Shown here: piece by piece, positions 62,501 to 64,000 of the stretch
Layout: each line of letters opens with the position of its first letter
Position numbering within the stretch: the first letter of the stretch is position 1
NCBI RefSeq assembly: GCF_016432865.1
Contig: NC_067403.1
Location: 195,610,001 to 195,674,000, forward strand
Length of the DNA: 64,000 bases
Source: Antechinus flavipes
Taxonomy: Eukaryota
Direction: 5' to 3'
Notes under the pieces: model-generated
The model's input: the letters and a program-made list of their open reading frames with translations, nothing else
The model's database searches: none
What the model was told of the DNA's origin: nothing
Translations under genes and position numbers: made by a program

Positions 62501-63842
62501 TAAAACAGGATGTCTGAGCTGAAACATGATGCATAGAATCTTATACTGGGAGAATTTGAGAACAAAATGTCAGACCTGGAAGGAACCTTAGAACATGAAA
62601 GAACAGAGCTATCATTAATGGACTTTAGAATAAGGAAAAAAGACTATCTAAGATGGAGGAGACCTTAGAACAAGGAACTTTAGAACAGGGAATATAGCAT
62701 TGCATGTCAGAATTGGGAGGTACCTCAGGATTTAGGGTCACCAAATGTTAGAGTTGAAATGGAGCCTCTCTAAAGTACCCAGGATGTGCTTGATGATGTG
62801 ATTCAAATAAGAAAGAAGATAATAGAACTTAAGGATTGTTTTTTCCCTCCCACTCATTTTTAAACAAAAGTTTAATTTAGGTGTTAATACTTAGCAATAT
62901 ATTTACTAGTATTACTTGTACAATATAATAGTTATTTACTATTAATCTAATGTATTGCACATTTATTCTTATAAATCAATTAATATATTACTATTGTTTA
63001 GTCAATACATTGTGCCCAACTCTTCATGACTCTATTTGGGATTTTCTTGGCAAAAATACTGGGTTTGCTTCTTTGTTCTCTAGCTCATTTCACATATTAA
63101 ATATGTGCTCTTAATTACAAACAAAATGTAATTAATTCTCTATTAACTATAGTTTATACTGTTATAATGGAATAATCTATAGCTATTAGAGTGGTGGTTG
63201 GTTGTTAATTATTAATAATATAGTTATTCATGTATAAATTATTAATGATACATATTGATGTTTTATCAGATTTTTTTTAATTCAGAGCTATCAAATAAAA
63301 CGTATTTGTGCATACAAAGTAGATTGGAAAAATGAATTACACATGAAACTATGAATCTCTTATGTAAAGCTTGCTTTTCTTTTAAACTACATTATGAATT
63401 CAACATGTAAATTTGCCCTTCTTGTTCATGATTCTTTCTAGTCTTTGTTCTCTACTGTGTATTTTTTAAGATGCTTCAATAATCTTCTTTTCATTCCTTT
63501 TTTTTTCTTATAACTTTATCTCTTAAGTCTCCTCCTTTCCATCACAAACCCAGTGAAAATAGAAAAACAAAGTCCTTATAGTATATAAGCATGGTCCAGC
63601 AAATCAGATTCGCACATTGGCCAACTTCAAAAATGTGAAGACACAAGATTGCTCTGCCAATCTTTAAACCAGCAAAAGGTCCTACCTGTTTTTTTTAACC
63701 TATAGACAAAAAATGGGCCAAAAGAAAGTCTTCTACATAGCTCTAACTACATTTAGAAGGAAGATGTATGCAAAAGGCCAAATTTATATGTAACTAATAA
63801 CTGAACTAACAATTCTTTCTTTGCTTATATAGAACATTCTGC

Positions 63843-64000
63843 AAACTATAGGCCAGTGAACTTGACTGATCCTGGGAAAAGTCTCAATGGATCATTTATT
63901 TCTATTGAATTTATCTTATTCTCTGGACCAATAAAGAAATGATTAGTAAACAGAAAAGAAAACAGTGATCACAGAGAGCCAGCATGGGTTCATCAAGTGC
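63843..64000 (+). mobile_element. CR1/L3 RT fragment
   Basis: NYRPVNLT and SQHGFIK motifs. Another L3 piece (MKFNRGKWKVL) lies on the minus strand at ~26455-26560. Confidence 0.7.

Noticed and set aside
59200-64000. NELFA coding exon expected from synteny
   Set aside because: No MASMRESDTGLW-like ORF was seen, and the region is mostly repeats.

Overview
Eukaryotic genomic DNA, most likely from a marsupial and probably a dasyurid. This rests on WSINE1-like SINEs, MIR/MAR1 CORE-SINEs, RTE, L2, CR1/L3 and marsupial-type L1 3' ends, all recognised by eye. Two spliced protein-coding genes lie on the minus strand. NAT8L (N-acetylaspartate synthetase) has coding exons 1 and 2 here (12720-13080, 9320-9484); its last coding exon was not found and probably lies left of the window. 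NICOL1/C4orf48 is a complete 91-aa secreted protein in three small exons (53678-53798, 46522-46610, 33555-33620) that the ORF track does not show. The order NICOL1 then NAT8L on one strand matches human 4p16.3. NICOL1 intron 2 carries a degenerate ~6 kb class I (gamma-like) ERV in sense orientation, with recognisable gag, pro, pol and env but no intact LTRs. The most striking non-coding structures are a 5 x 33-bp array of overlapping E-box/CRE motifs in a CpG island at 59 kb, a TATA/Inr/donor/acceptor set predicting a non-coding leader exon for NAT8L, and a strong CTCF motif between the two genes. There are two assembly gaps. No tRNA, rRNA or CRISPR was found. Repeat boundaries are approximate and family names come from recall, not from a database search.
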